From Hemiscyllium ocellatum (Eukaryota), in the NCBI RefSeq assembly GCF_020745735.1, contig NC_083435.1, positions 38,589,090-38,653,089 on the forward strand: a stretch of DNA of 64,000 nucleotides. Reading direction: 5' to 3'. Below the pieces are notes generated by a model. That model worked only from the letters and a program-made list of their open reading frames with translations. It had not been told where the DNA came from and ran no database searches. The position numbers and the translations under genes were made by a program. Positions 27,515 through 39,899 of this stretch are shown here, in pieces. How positions within the stretch are numbered: the first letter of the stretch is position 1; every line of letters begins with the position of its first letter.

Positions 27515-28467
27515 AGTCTCCAGCCCTAATGCAAGAGTCTTAGAGAGGATTTTAAAGTCCAATTTTAAGAGTGAAATGGCCCTGTATGAAGCACAGTCCT
27601 CCGGGACCTTCCCTTTTTCAGAAAATATTGGGTCTCTCTCAGAGATGGTGGGAGACAGTCATGACTGTACGAGTCATTGAACACGTTGTGCATCAGCCTG
27701 ACAATGTGTTTATAAATTCCTTATAGAATTTGCTGGGAAGTCCATCAGGACTGGGCCTCTTTCCATTCTGAAGCTGCCTCACAGCTTCCCGCACCTCTTG
27801 TTCTGATAAGGAGGCATTGCGAAAAGACTCTTGTTCGGGGGGTCACACCTGAGAGCTCCAGTCACTTGAAAAAAGACTCCATCCTGGCACGCCCCTCCTC
27901 ACAACCTTCAGATTAACTGAGAATAAAATCTCTGGAATGCCACATTCATCTTTTTGGAATCACATGCTAGGTTCCCAGACCCTTCCCTAATCACCGTAAT
28001 AGCTTAGGGGGTACTCATTTTCCTAGTGAGATATTCTAAGTATTTGCCTGGCCTGTCACCATGCTCATACAACCTTCGTTTTGCAAAAGTAAGCTCCTTC
28101 TTTGCTGTCTACATGAGCATGGAGTTCAGTGTGGACCGCAGCGCCGTAATCCTCTGTAGCTTGGCCAATGAGGGCCTGTCATAATAAGCTTTCTTGGCTG
28201 CCTTCAATTGTGCTGAGACGTTGCTGCTTCCTCCTGGCAGAGTAGGAAATAACTAACCCCATGGCATAGGCTGTGGCAGTTTCCCAAAAGACGGACAGGC
28301 TACTAACCGAGCTTGAGTTAATGTCTCGGAATGCCCGAAATTCCCTGGAGGAATACAAACTTACTATCCATAACGATAAAGGGATCCATTCGTCAGTGCC
28401 TCAGACCCGCTACAGCATCATTAATCTTAACCAACAAGTACACTGGAGCACGATTGGAGATGGTAAG

Positions 28468-28600
28468 ATTCCTGAAGAAGGGCTCATGCCCGAAACGTCA
28501 ATTCTCCTGTTCCTTGGATGCTGCCTGACCTGCTGCGCTTTTCCAGCAATACATTTTCAGCTCTGATCTCCAGCATCTGCAGTCCTTACTTTCGCCTAGT
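28468..28600 (+). mobile_element. Solo Penelope terminus
   Basis: CCTGAAGAAGGGCTCATGCCCGAAACGTC...CTCCAGCATCTGCAGTCC. Confidence 0.75.
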
Positions 28601-31526
28601 CAATGGTAATATTACCAATTGAACAAGATACCACCAAATCCAGGGTTGCCACAGGGGGTCAGACATCTGTGGTGTGACATCTGTGTGGATTGGAAAAAAA
28701 CGTAAAGTCCCTACCTGAAGGGTGGAGATGTCTCCAGACGTCCACCAACCCTAATTCCCTACACAGACCCACTAACTGTTTATTTTGTACAGAGGGTAGC
28801 GGGGAACCTTTGGATAACCTCTCTACCATGGGATCCATAAAACTGTTAAAATCTCCCTCTATATGGATATGTCGGGACTTGAGACTGATCAGTTAGAAAT
28901 CGCATCTACAGAAATTTGAGGAGATGGGCCAAAGGGCAATAAACAATTAAAACACCATTTTCTTCCCCATTTATCGGAGCTTTAAGAATTACAAACCTCC
29001 CGTGTGTGTCTTTAACACACTAATAAATTAGATGGGAGATTCCTCCTAATCAATATGGCCACTCCCCTACTTCTGGTATTAAAAGATGAAAAGTAAACTC
29101 AATCAAAGCCATTCTGCTGTAGTTTCATATGCTCCCTTTCATCCAAGTGTGTCTCCTGTAACAAAGCAATATCCACCTTTTCCTTTCTAAGACTTGAAAT
29201 TACCTTCTTCCTCTTAATTAGTGAGTGACTCCCCTTGATATTCCAGGTACACCATTTAATCAAGTCATTATCCTTAACCTTCTGCAGTAACACTTAAATT
29301 CAAGAGAGGAGGAACTCGAATTACAAATTACCAAGCCTCAATGTCGCAAGATACATCAAACATAAAAACCACATAAACTAAAACCACAAGTTAACAAAAC
29401 TACAGAGCCATTAAAACTTATATACAACAAAAACCAAAAAGATAAACCAACATATAAAACGCCAACGGTGCTGAATAAGGGAACTCACTTCCTGCCCAAA
29501 GAGGGCATCTACACATCCCAGAACCCAACTTCCCATCCGCTGCCAATACAGCAGTCAGGGCATTTAAATACCTGAAACGGGCATAAACTGCCCATAAGTA
29601 TGCATCTGGCCATCCTACCCATTTTCCCTCCTCACAGCTACAGCCGGACCACAAACACAAGCAGAAAAGAAAGAAAATACACCATAGAATAGCAATGTGA
29701 ATAAAGAGATTTTGAAAAAAAAATTAAAAACCCCACACATCCTTTGGTATAACTTAACTGAGAAATTGAAATTACACATCTTAACCACCCCGAACATAGT
29801 TTAGACCAGATTATTACCAATTTAAAAAAAGAAAGAAAGCCCTGTCTGGACTTTCTCTGTTTTTAAAGTAAAACAAAGACATACCCAAACAACATGACTT
29901 TTGGATATACTAAATTGTCCAGATTAAGTTAATTTGTCCGCAAAGTCTCTTGCCTTCTCCGACGTGTCAAAGAGATGTACGGATCCATCTAAAGTGAGAT
30001 GAAGCACCGCTGGATACCTCAGAGAGTACTGGATCCCAAGCTCCCTCAGTCTTCTCTTGACACTCTAATAAGATTTTCTTTCTGGATCACCCCCGCTGAG
30101 AAGTCCTGGAAGAACATGATCTTAGAGCCCTGGTAAATTAGGGCCTTTGGATCCTTCTCCTTGATTCTGGAAGCTTCCAGAATTCTCTCCTTACCCCTAT
30201 AATGATGGAACCGCGCCAAGAGAGGACGAGGACCTTGACCCAGATCCGACTTCCGTGCCGTGACCCGGTGTGCCCTCACGATCTTCAAGCCTCTCATTCC
30301 AGCCTCCAAGTTAAGGAATTTCAGCAACCAGTCCTCAATAAATTCCGCCAGCTGCTTACCATCATTCTCCTCTGGTAGACCGACGATCTGAATAATTTTT
30401 CTCCAACCCCTGTTCGAGGTCATCAACCTGGTCAAGCAAATTACCAACCTGCGTCTCCAGGGCCTGGATCCTATCCTTGGAGGAATCAGTATCAGCTTCC
30501 ACCACTGTGACCCTGCGCTCTACCTCATCCGTCCTTTTCTCCAGGACTCCCAGCTGCTGTTCATGCTTCTGCAGCATGATAGAGATTGGGGCCAACTTCA
30601 CATCTATCTGCTTCCCCAGTATCTCACAAGATTTTGAGTCCGAGGTTCCTGCAGGCTGGGCCACGGACCCGGCCTCAGACGTACCTCCGCCCTTCTTCGG
30701 CATCCCTGGATTGTGAAAACCAAGGTAAGTTGCTCTCTGACAGATTCCTGGGACACCACGACCTTTTCAGAGTCCCAGAATATCATGGCGGTCTGGATAG
30801 GGTGGGTGTTGGAGAAATTTGCCCAATAGGTAAGAGATCACAAAACACAGCTCAAAGTGAAATTGACAAACAGTTTATGGCAAGTGATATCACTGGAGGA
30901 GAAAATAGACTAGCTGACCCAGAACTGACAGTCTGCATAGAGAATTTGATTTCTCCTCCCAGAGCTGAGGATGAGGCCAGTTTCATAGGAATGCTGCACA
31001 ATGACACTGATTAAGAAATGGGAGAATACAATGTTTCTGAAAATGGAGTAATTTAGTTGCAAGGGCGCTAATTGGAAAACAGTTTCTTGGATGAATGTCC
31101 CATTCCTTCACACAATGCAACATCCTGACAGTATCATGGTTCCATTCATCTTCCCAGGTAGGTGTTAAAGTCTCTTCTGGAGTGGTCAGGTGCTTCCATT
31201 GCCCTGTGGTGTCTGTCTGTCTGTCCTACTCTTTGTGTGGCTTTGCTGCTCTTTGGTTGTGAAACTGCCCTGAGGACTTTGAGCCTCTGTCATGTCTATG
31301 GGAGTTTGAAAGTGTATTCCATTGTCTGACCTAGTTTGTGAACTGCTCAGGAATTCTGGGTGTCCTGTACAATTTGGCCAATTTGCTTTTGTGGACCTAT
31401 CATGGGTTAGCAAACCTTTTCCCACAGTGGGCTAGGACTTTGTCTCGCTTGCAATGCGGTGCTGAGCTCTGAAATGCCATCTTCCTAGATCACCACCATC
31501 TTGGATCCCCAATCCATTTTTTTAAT

Positions 31527-31535
31527 GGGGGGAGG
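31527..31535 (+). promoter_or_regulatory. Gypsy polypurine tract
   Basis: GGGGGGAGG immediately before the 3' LTR start. Confidence 0.8.
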
Positions 31536-32599
31536 TGGTGATAAACTTACCCCTTTAACAAGATTGTAAATGCAGAGGTTCTAATGTGTCTGGTTTGAAG
31601 GTTTTAGGGTCAATTTGATTATAGAGTTATAGAGTCACAGACATGTACAGCATGGAAACAGACCCTTCGATCTAACGTGTCCATGCCGACCAGATAGCTC
31701 AACCTAACCTAGTCCCATTTGCCAGCACTTGGCCTATATCCCTCTAAATCCTCCCTATTCATATAGCTAACAGATACTGCCTTTAGAAAAAGGCTTTCGA
31801 GTTTAAAAAATTGTACAATGAAAGAGGGATGGCCAGTTCTCCCAGCTCAGAGTTTGGTTTGGTTTGGTTTTAGCAAGCAGTCTGTGGAAGCTGCTGGTAA
31901 AATAGGTCTTGCCTGACTCTTATAGAGTCATACAGATGTACAGCATGGAAACAGACCCTTTGGTCCAACCCGTCCATGCCGACCAGATATCCCAACCCAA
32001 TCTAGTCCCACCTGCCAGCACCTGGCCCATATCCCTCCAAACTCTTCCTATTCATATACCCATCCAAATGCCTCTTAAATGTTGCAATTGTACCAGCCTC
32101 CACCATTTCCTCTGGCAGTTTATTCCATACATGTATCACCCTCTGTGTGAAAGAGTTGCCCCTTAGGTCTTTTTTATATCTTTCCCCTCTCACCCCAAAT
32201 CTCTGCCCTCTAGTTCTGGACTGCCCCACCCCAGGGAAAAGATTTTGTCTCGTTATTCTATCTATGCCCCTCATCTCTCCGACATCTCACCTGTAAGGAC
32301 CTGTGTTTGATTTTACCCTTTTTTTGCTATAGCAATGTTTATAGTGATGCTGCAAGCATAATTAATTTAGAACAGCATCATTAATTTGCGATAGAGTGGA
32401 TTCAATTTTCAAAAAGCTTTGTTATTCTAAATTTGGTTTTCTTTCGTTTGTGTATAAATAAATTCTGTTTTGTTCAAATTGAGTGGTTGGGCCAGCTGCA
32501 TCCCTCCTGGAATATACACCGGCTTAAAACAACTAACACAGTTAGGGTCCAGGCTACTTTCTTGAAATGTTTTGAAGGAGCCTGGCCTGGTCAATAACA
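31536..32599 (+). repeat. Gypsy 3' LTR, interrupted by two inverted CR1 3' ends (about 31620-31780 and 31920-32280)
   Basis: Matches the 5' LTR in segments and ends GGAGCCTGGCCTGGTCAATAACA; the inserts begin with TAGAGTCATAGA-type tails. Confidence 0.85.
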
Positions 32600-33749
32600 C
32601 CTTGCAGTGAAAAACCTTTGAAAAACACTTGAACACAACTCACACATAGTCAAATAATGTAAACCTCAGCCCAACGTTTCAATTATCTCACTAACAATTT
32701 CTTTAAAATATCCAAGATAAAGTTGATCCAATAACTCCAACTATTTGCTCAGTATGACTTTCCTGGTCATAATAATTTTCTTGAGTTTCTTTTTCCTTTC
32801 CACTCCCTGCTTTAGCTGTGACCCATATTACAGCTGTGTCTGGTATCCTCTACACTGAAGACTAAGGGGAAACACCCGTTAACTTCATTTCCATGAATTC
32901 TCCAGATACAATTTCTGTTGGACCAATTATCACTTAAAGTCTTTTCTTTTCCATAAATCTATAAAAACTCTTATTCTGTTTTTGTATTTCTAGCCATCTT
33001 TCTCCCTTACCCTAATTTCCCCTCCTTATTGATTTTTCAGTCATTCTTTGCTAACTTTACATTTTGTACAGTCTTCTGCCCTGTCATTTTTGCACAATTA
33101 TAAGCCTTTTCTTGAAGTTTTCTAATTAATGTTATTACATACCTCTGAAGCAAATGGGACATGAAACCAGGCCTTTCAGAGATAGGGGCTTGACCATTAC
33201 ACCACAAGAGGGCCCCTTAAGTTTAATACTATCCTTCATTTTTTTTAAAATTAAGGACAATCTGTCCCTTGTTTCTTTCCCATTGGCAAGAATGCATTCT
33301 GTGTATTCTGAAAGTATCCCTTGAGCATCTGCTGCTGCATCTTTATTGACCTAAGGCTTAATCTAATCTGTCAGTTCCTTTTTGCTTCAGAACATGTTGT
33401 TGTAAGAAACAACACCTAAAACATTCTATGGACTCCTTTTCTGGGTTGTCCTTGCCACTCTGATTTTTCCAATAGATACGGAGATTTAAATCCCCATCAT
33501 CTTTCAGATTAATACATTTCTACTTGCTTTGATGTGACTATTTGTTTTACCAAAGCTTCCCAAATTTGATACTTTGCCTCTGCCGCTTAATATAAAACTC
33601 TCTGCTTCCCACGTTATACAGCTCACTAGAATGTTTGATCCAGCACGGTTCAGATCACAACAGACCCAGCGGTACAGACCCCACTTACCTAAGTGCAAGT
33701 GCCACTGAAACACACTTCTACCACACCAGGCTTGAGCCAAGGCAATCAT

Positions 33750-34330
33750 TTAATGAGATAACGGGGTAGAAGGAAGCCACTCGGACCATCGAGTCAGCTC
33801 TGTCATTTAATGAGATCATGGCTGGTCTGGTCATCCTGAACTCCACTTTCCTGCCTTTTCCCCATGCCCTTGTCTATCTCAGCCTTGAATATACTTAATG
33901 ACCCAACCTCTCAAATTGTAAATGGTAAAGAATTCCACAGATTGACTATTCTCAGAGAAAACAATTCCTCCTCATTTCCATCTTAAATGTGTGAACTGTT
34001 ACCCTGAAATTATACCCTCTGGTGCTGGACTCTCTCACAGGGGAAACATCTACTCTGTCAGGTCCCTTAAGCTTCTTGAATGTTTCACTAAGAGCACCTC
34101 TGATACCTCTATATTCCAAATCTACTCAACCTCTCTCCATAAGGCAGACCCTCCATACATGGGATCAACTTCACAAACCTGCCTTCAACACCATATATCT
34201 TGCTTCCGATTAGGGGAACAGAACAGACCACAGTATTCCAGCTGTGGTTTTGTTAGTTCCTTGCATAGTTTTAGAAAGACTTCCCTGTTTTATACTCTAT
34301 TCTATTTGAACTAAAGATCAACATTTCATT
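33750..34330 (-). mobile_element. Decayed CR1 3' region
   Basis: GAGATCATGGCTG 3' UTR motif and ILWSVLFP-like RT end. Confidence 0.6.
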
Positions 34331-34875
34331 TGTCTTCCCTCTTATCCTGTCCACTTTGGCTTGTCTGTGAAAAATAGATTGTGAAACATTACAGTCATTA
34401 TGGTGGGTGATTCTGGTGGTGATAACTTTGGCAGTTGAGCAGTTGTTTGGAGATTCTAGGTTCTGCAATTAGCTGGAAGGAGTTTGTCCAGTTTCCTTCA
34501 GCAGTTTGCTAACTGGGCTCGCATTCAGTGTCAGAGAAGTTGAGTGTCCAGATCTGGATGGGACAGATTCATTATGTGTGAGGATGAGGGAGCTCTGGGG
34601 GTGAATGAAATTTGAGTGAGGCTGCTGGTGAATAGGCCAAGGTTCAGTGAAACTAAAGCATGATGGAGTGAGGGTTCAGAGTGATGGTGGAAAGGGTGAA
34701 GTTGATTGAGAAAGGGTGCAGGGTGGTAGCTTCAAACTCAAGGGTTAGTGTGAGACGTTCCAGGGACAGAGCTATGGCTTTAAAAGTCATCACAGAGTTT
34801 ACATCACCAGACTGATCCAGGGCTCTACAGAAGACATGGGGCATTCCAAAGTCAACAACTTCCAAATGCATCAAG

Positions 34876-35612
34876 AAGGTTACCAATGAGGAATACAGAA
34901 GGTTACCAATGGGGAATACAGAGGATTTCCAATGGGGAATGCAGAAGGTTACCAATGGGGAATACAGAAGGTTACCAATGGGGAGTACAGAAGGTTACCA
35001 ATGGGGAGTACAGAAGGTTACCAATGGGGAATGCAGAAGGTTACCAATGGGGAATGCAGAAGGTTACCAATGGGGAGTACAGAAGGTTACCAATGGGGAG
35101 TACAGAAGGTTACCAATGGGGAATGCAGAAGGTTACCAATGGGGAATGCAGAAGGTTACCAATGGGGAGTACAGAAGGTTACCAATGGGGAATGCAGAAG
35201 GTTACCAATGGGGAATACAGAAGGTTACCAATGGGGAGTACAGAAGGTTACCAATGGTGAGTACAGAAGGTTACCAATGGGGAATACAGAAGGTTACCAA
35301 TGGTGAGTACAGAAGGTTACCAATGAGGAATACAGAAGGTTACCAATGAGGAATACAGAAGGTTACCAATGGGGAATACAGAAGGTTACCAATGGGGAGT
35401 ACAGAAGGTTACCAATGAGGAATACAGAGGGTTACCAATGAGGAATACAGAGGGTTACCAATGGGGAATACAGAAGGTTACCAATGGGGAATACAGAAGG
35501 TTACCAATGGGGAGTACAGAAGGTTACCAATGAGGAATACAGAGGGTTACCAATGAGGAATACAGAGGGTTACCAATGGGGAATACAGAAGGTTACCAAT
35601 GAGGAATACAGA
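34876..35612. repeat. 23-bp minisatellite, about 32 copies
   Basis: Unit AAGGTTACCAATG(G/A)GGA(A/G)T(A/G)CAG. Confidence 0.97.
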
Positions 35613-36057
35613 AGAGTCAATCAACCTGTGAGCTTCACATGCCAGTCTGGCAGCCAGAGGTCTGTGTTTTACAGCAACTGCTAGTTTTTTTTAGGAATTG
35701 AGGCAATTTATTGGAGAAATTGGTCAGGTTTAGGGACCCTAGCAGCATTCACAGACTGAAAGGCCTTTCTCTCTCAATGTGTAGCTGGTCTGACATCACC
35801 AAAACCAAAACCCTCAGGTCTGCGCTCACTTCCCAGGGAGTCACATTCATCTATTCAAGATAAATGTATTAATCCTACAAGGAAATTATTTTCATTTGTT
35901 TTGATGTGATTTGATTTATTGTCCCATGTACTTAAATAAGTGAAAAAGCTGTACAGACAGATCATGGTAATCAAGGACATACAGATCATAGGGTGAGAGA
36001 AACTTGGGCTGAGTAAGGCAGACAGGTGAAGATCTGGACCCCCAGGGGGGTGGTCTC

Positions 36058-36674
36058 TGTCCTGTGATCGCTCAATAAGCACTCACAATCGGTCTGGTTC
36101 TTTAAGACTTCATTCTTTATTTTTCACACGGCCAGGCACAGATCATCCAGAAACACAGGGGTTAAACACTTCTGTGTTCCTCGGAGGAGCTGTGCACATG
36201 GCTTAAAACAAAGACATTTTTATACTTCTCTTAAAGAAAGGTACAGGCCAAAATCATATCGTACATTCAGATAAATACCTATAAACTTCCGAAATAATCT
36301 TAACTGACAGCTACTCGGTCCAATGATATTTTCTGGGAACCAACTTTGATTTCCAACACTTAAGCCACCTTTATCTCTCTAACCGAGTTATTGCACCTGC
36401 ATTTGAAGGTCAGTTATGATAGCCAGTAATGTCTTATCTAGTCTAGTTACTTCTATGCTGTAAAGGAAGCATTGGCAGCTAATCTCTGTTGAGGCACACT
36501 GTGGTTAGTCAATTATGCAGCTAAAACAGAGTTAAAAGCCATTTTATGCAGCTTTTAGCAGAATTGTCAAATTAAAGCCGAGAAGCCATTTTGTCATATT
36601 ATTTGCCTTGAGAAGCCATTTTGTTGCCACTTAAGTTTGTAAGAGCCTGTGTTTAGTGGTTGTTCCTGACAACA
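36058..36674 (-). mobile_element. Probable solo LTR of a second retroviral/LTR family
   Basis: TGT...ACA termini; minus-strand TATAAA and AATAAA in the expected order; internal AGAAGCCATTTTGT repeats; imperfect 4-bp TSD (TCTC/ACTC). Confidence 0.6.
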
Positions 36675-36699
36675 ACTCGTCACCTCAGCCTGTATTCAG

Positions 36700-37085
36700 G
36701 TTTCAGATCCTCACAGGTTTCACCACACAGAAAGTACACAAGGCAAGATCAGCAGTAACAACATCAGCATTATCTGAAGTTGGACAGTCCAACTTGGGTG
36801 GGAGGGGTCTTTGATGATGTTGGCAGCCTTTCCGTGGCAACAGGACATGTAAATGGAGCCCATGGATGGTCTGGGCTGTGCACACCATTTCAGTAGTTTC
36901 TTATGGTCCTGGGCAGAGCAGTTGCCCTACCAGGCCATTATGCACCCAGACAGTATGCTTTTTATGGTGTATCAGTAAAACTGGGTGAGGGTCCTTATGG
37001 ACATGCCAAATTTCCTGAGCTGCCCGAGGAAGAAGAGAATTTGTTGTGCCTTCTTGATTGTTGCATCCAGGACAGGTTGTCATTA
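36700..37085 (-). mobile_element. Rex1/L2-type LINE 3' RT remnant
   Basis: Minus-strand sequence resembles AQQRLYFLRRLRKFGMS...TI.SILSGCI..WYG. Confidence 0.55.
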
Positions 37086-37277
37086 ACATTGTCTAGAATC
37101 TTACAGGGCCAGAACAACATGGGCTATGATGTGAAAATTGGCAGCATCACATGAGAAGTCTCCTCCTGGAATAATAAGGAAAGTTGCTAAAGATGTAAAA
37201 GTCACTTTATAAATATTATTTATCACATTTAAAGTTTTTAAAAGATTATAGAAAGTAAGGAAGTTTTAAATTCTGCT

Positions 37278-37323
37278 GGGGTGGTATGGTGGCTCAATGG
37301 TTAGCTCTGCTATCTCAGAGCTC
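37278..37323 (+). mobile_element. HE1-type SINE, 5' half (A box), split by the ERV
   Basis: GGTGGCTCAATGGTTAGC; the SINE continues at 46210. Confidence 0.8.
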
Positions 37324-38112
37324 TGTTGAGACGGAAACCGAATGGTCTCGTCTCCACGTGTTCGTTGGAAGGAGAGATCAAACCGGCTAGAGTTTGGAGC
37401 AAAAACACCGTTTATTACAGAATCAAGACTGGCAAACTATACAACGAATTCAAAAGCATGCAAATTCGTTGGAGAAGGCGTTCTGTCTCTCCCTTCGGAT
37501 CTGGTGCAGTTATACTTCGCGCTTCCTCGAGTTCCCGGTCAGGTTCCCCTTGTTCGGCTCTTTCATTGGTCGGTTCACCTGTCTGTGAATGGATTAGTGT
37601 CTCTACTGGCTGCCCCGAGATACCTGTCCAGCTCCTGCTGTGCTGAACAATGGGCAGACATCCTGGGTTCGGCAGTTTCCGATCTTGTAAATTAAAAGTT
37701 TATTGTTTGGAAGGGTTTCCTCATTGCTATGTGTCTGGCTGTCTGGGCGTTCACAATAGTTCTCCATAGTTGAATATACAGATATTATCATTTAACATAG
37801 GACCCGAATGAGTTTGACGTCAGCGGAGGCATTAGCAAGTACTTTATCAATCAAGTGTAGTATCGGTGCGATTTACACTATCCGATAGTTACCGGTTTCC
37901 TTTATTAACAATGAGAGTGTAACAGGATGATCTGAAACTGACGGACATGTTCTAATCCCCCAGGAATGTGGCCCCAGGCAGACAGTCCTGCAGTGGCTGG
38001 GTTTATTTTACATGGCTGTGTTTTAGCTGGTATCTGACAGTGTCTGCTTTAATAATGGTGCTCCCCTCCCTAGCCCCAATGTAGGTACCCCGATAGCAGA
38101 TTCTCCCCAACA
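37324..38112 (-). repeat. ERV 3' LTR (789 bp)
   Basis: Near-identical to 45422-46209; minus-strand CCAAT, TATAAC (37509-37514) and AATAAA (37411-37416). Confidence 0.95.
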
Positions 38113-38123
38113 TTCCCTCCTTT
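38113..38123 (-). promoter_or_regulatory. ERV polypurine tract
   Basis: Minus-strand AAAGGAGGGAA abuts the TGTTG of the 3' LTR. Confidence 0.85.
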
Positions 38124-38199
38124 GGCCTCGAAAGAGGCCACACCCCCTTATCCCGTAAGGAACGCAACCCCACGAGGCGACCGGTGTCCGGTGTTGTAC

Positions 38200-39760
38200 C
38201 GACCAGACTCACCGGTTCTAAGGAGACAGTCATATGGGGATGAAAGGTGCCCTGAAAAACGCGCCGCTACACAATTAAGCAATAGATGGTCACAGCTGCA
38301 TGCTAAGCTAAACTAATCGTTGAAGTAATTGAGGCAGTGTCTGCAGAAATAACGAAAAGCACAGGATTAGACAAGCATTGCAATAAGTCATTCAGAGCTG
38401 GCGAAATGTACGCGAGTGCGTTAGAATGAGTAAGCCATTTAGTAAACGCAAGTCTGTAGTCCAAAGAGCCGGCAAATGTAAGTAGGTGTTGTAAGTTTGG
38501 AAAGGGAGTAGGAACAGCCTGGTACCAGCAGTTAGGTACCCGCTAGAGATCTGAAACCCAGTGTGAAACTGTACTGTGCCCCGGTGGTCCCGTAGATCAG
38601 TATGCTCCAGCGAGCAGCAGTGCTGTCCAACCGTCCGACACGGATGGAAGCAGGCAGAACTTGCATCAAACGGAGACGAACGGAGGCCACGCGTTCCGAT
38701 GTCAATGCGCGACTGTGCCTGTCTTAGGTTGTCCCTCGCCCGAGGGATCTTACCCGTCATTGGCTAACCAGTCGTGCTGCATTGAGTAATAGATGGTGAC
38801 ATCCATTTCACCGCCACAAGGACAGGCGTGGGCAGCTCAGTAGCATGGTCAGTGGCCTCCGAGAGTGGCTGAGGCCAGTCAGGAATATTGGACAGTCCGC
38901 AAGGGCCGCTTGCGAGAACAGCAGTGTTTCGATTGCCAGGGCGCACAGTACATCTCCCCCACCCACTGTTATGGAAGGATCAATTCACATATTCCCAATT
39001 TAAACGGGCAAAATAAATAAGTGGGGGCTCTTTGGACAGCCAGGCTTCATTCAATGTGGATGAAGATGAAAAGTTAGTCATGGGTACAACAGGATCAAAT
39101 GAATTCGGAAGAAAACCATTGAGAGAGCTGACATGCACCGGAGAGATAGCATGTACTACACCCGAATCGCGAGCTCACGCAAAGGCGGTAGTAGACCAGT
39201 GGAGAGACTAACTGGCAGGTCCCCCATCACCCGCCCTTAATGCAACCGGCCGCAAGCTAAAAACCCCGTATCATGGCTCACGAGTGGAAGTCGCATTACA
39301 GCATGTATTGGATATGTCCCTGTCCGTTTGTAGGAGGTCACGGACAGGCTGTCGTGTTGTCAGAGTTGGTGGCAGCGGCGCCTCCTGGTGGAGCTCAACA
39401 TATGGGGGTCCGGTTGAAAAGTAATGATACCTCATCACCTTTAAATCAGTGAGATGGGGCTGTGGGAATGCAGTAAAAAGGAGTCCCCGCATCACCAGGG
39501 TGATATATGGCGGGGTCAGTCAGGAACTATGTGACTACTATGGGAAGTAAAGTGTTGTGTTGCATAGGGTGTTTGGGGTGGCATGTCTGGGAGACCGGAA
39601 TGGACGGGAGGCGGTCCCCAAAATCTCCAGTCAGTACTCCTGAACATAAGGTCTGTGCTCATGTGGACTGTCAAATGCAACCAGGAAGAGTGTACTCAAC
39701 CATTTGTGCAAGAGGAATGGGGGGGGGGGGGGCAGATATAAAAAGACAATGGTGAAAATA
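38200..39760 (-). pseudogene. env remnant (SU-TM)
   Basis: FYICP..C near the start; a long frame with stops and N-glycosylation sequons; CRTVGQHCC (CX6CC) at 38614-38640; hydrophobic tail at about 38270-38450. Confidence 0.55.
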
Positions 39761-39899
39761 ATGAAGGTAGTCTGAAAGCCTTAACCATTCTTATGAGTTG
39801 CGGACCTGTACGTGGCAGTATTTCAATGAAAAATATCCACCAAAAGGAGTCACATAAATTAGAGAGAACTCTGTGTGAGATAGACGGAGTGGTTTCACG

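Larger units (their letters stand above)
23976..31514 (-). mobile_element. Near full-length L1-clade LINE inserted just 5' of the Gypsy PPT
   Basis: 5' end begins with CAAGATGG; ORF1 at 30046-30703 (IVGLPE...IVRAHR...PRPLLARF...FFQDFS); endonuclease WNIKG...ALLQETHL; RT SLHAE..SYLFYTLERFG; A/T-rich tail; CATTTTTT(T)AA duplication at 23966-23975 and 31515-31525. Confidence 0.88.
14606..32599 (+). mobile_element. Complete Gmr1-like Ty3/Gypsy LTR retrotransposon (degenerate, with nested inserts)
   Basis: TG...CA LTRs at 14606-15185 and 31536-32599; CCTT TSD at 14602-14605 and 32600-32603; PBS and PPT present; domain order gag-PR-IN-RT-RH. Confidence 0.9.

Noticed and set aside
34886-35349. Repetitive ORFs in three frames
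   Set aside because: Translations of the 23-bp minisatellite.
34876-35612. CRISPR-like array
   Set aside because: Contiguous tandem units without unique spacers, no cas genes, and a vertebrate context. The same applies to 44819-45095.
37280-37323. Possible tRNA gene (A/B boxes; also 46210-46240 and 51550-51600)
   Set aside because: These are tRNA-derived SINE heads followed by SINE body and LINE-derived tails, with no complete cloverleaf.
37326-37695. ORFs of 60-120 aa within the ERV LTRs (also 45424-45792)
   Set aside because: Open in several frames on the antisense strand, and start sites differ between the two LTRs; no sign of coding constraint.
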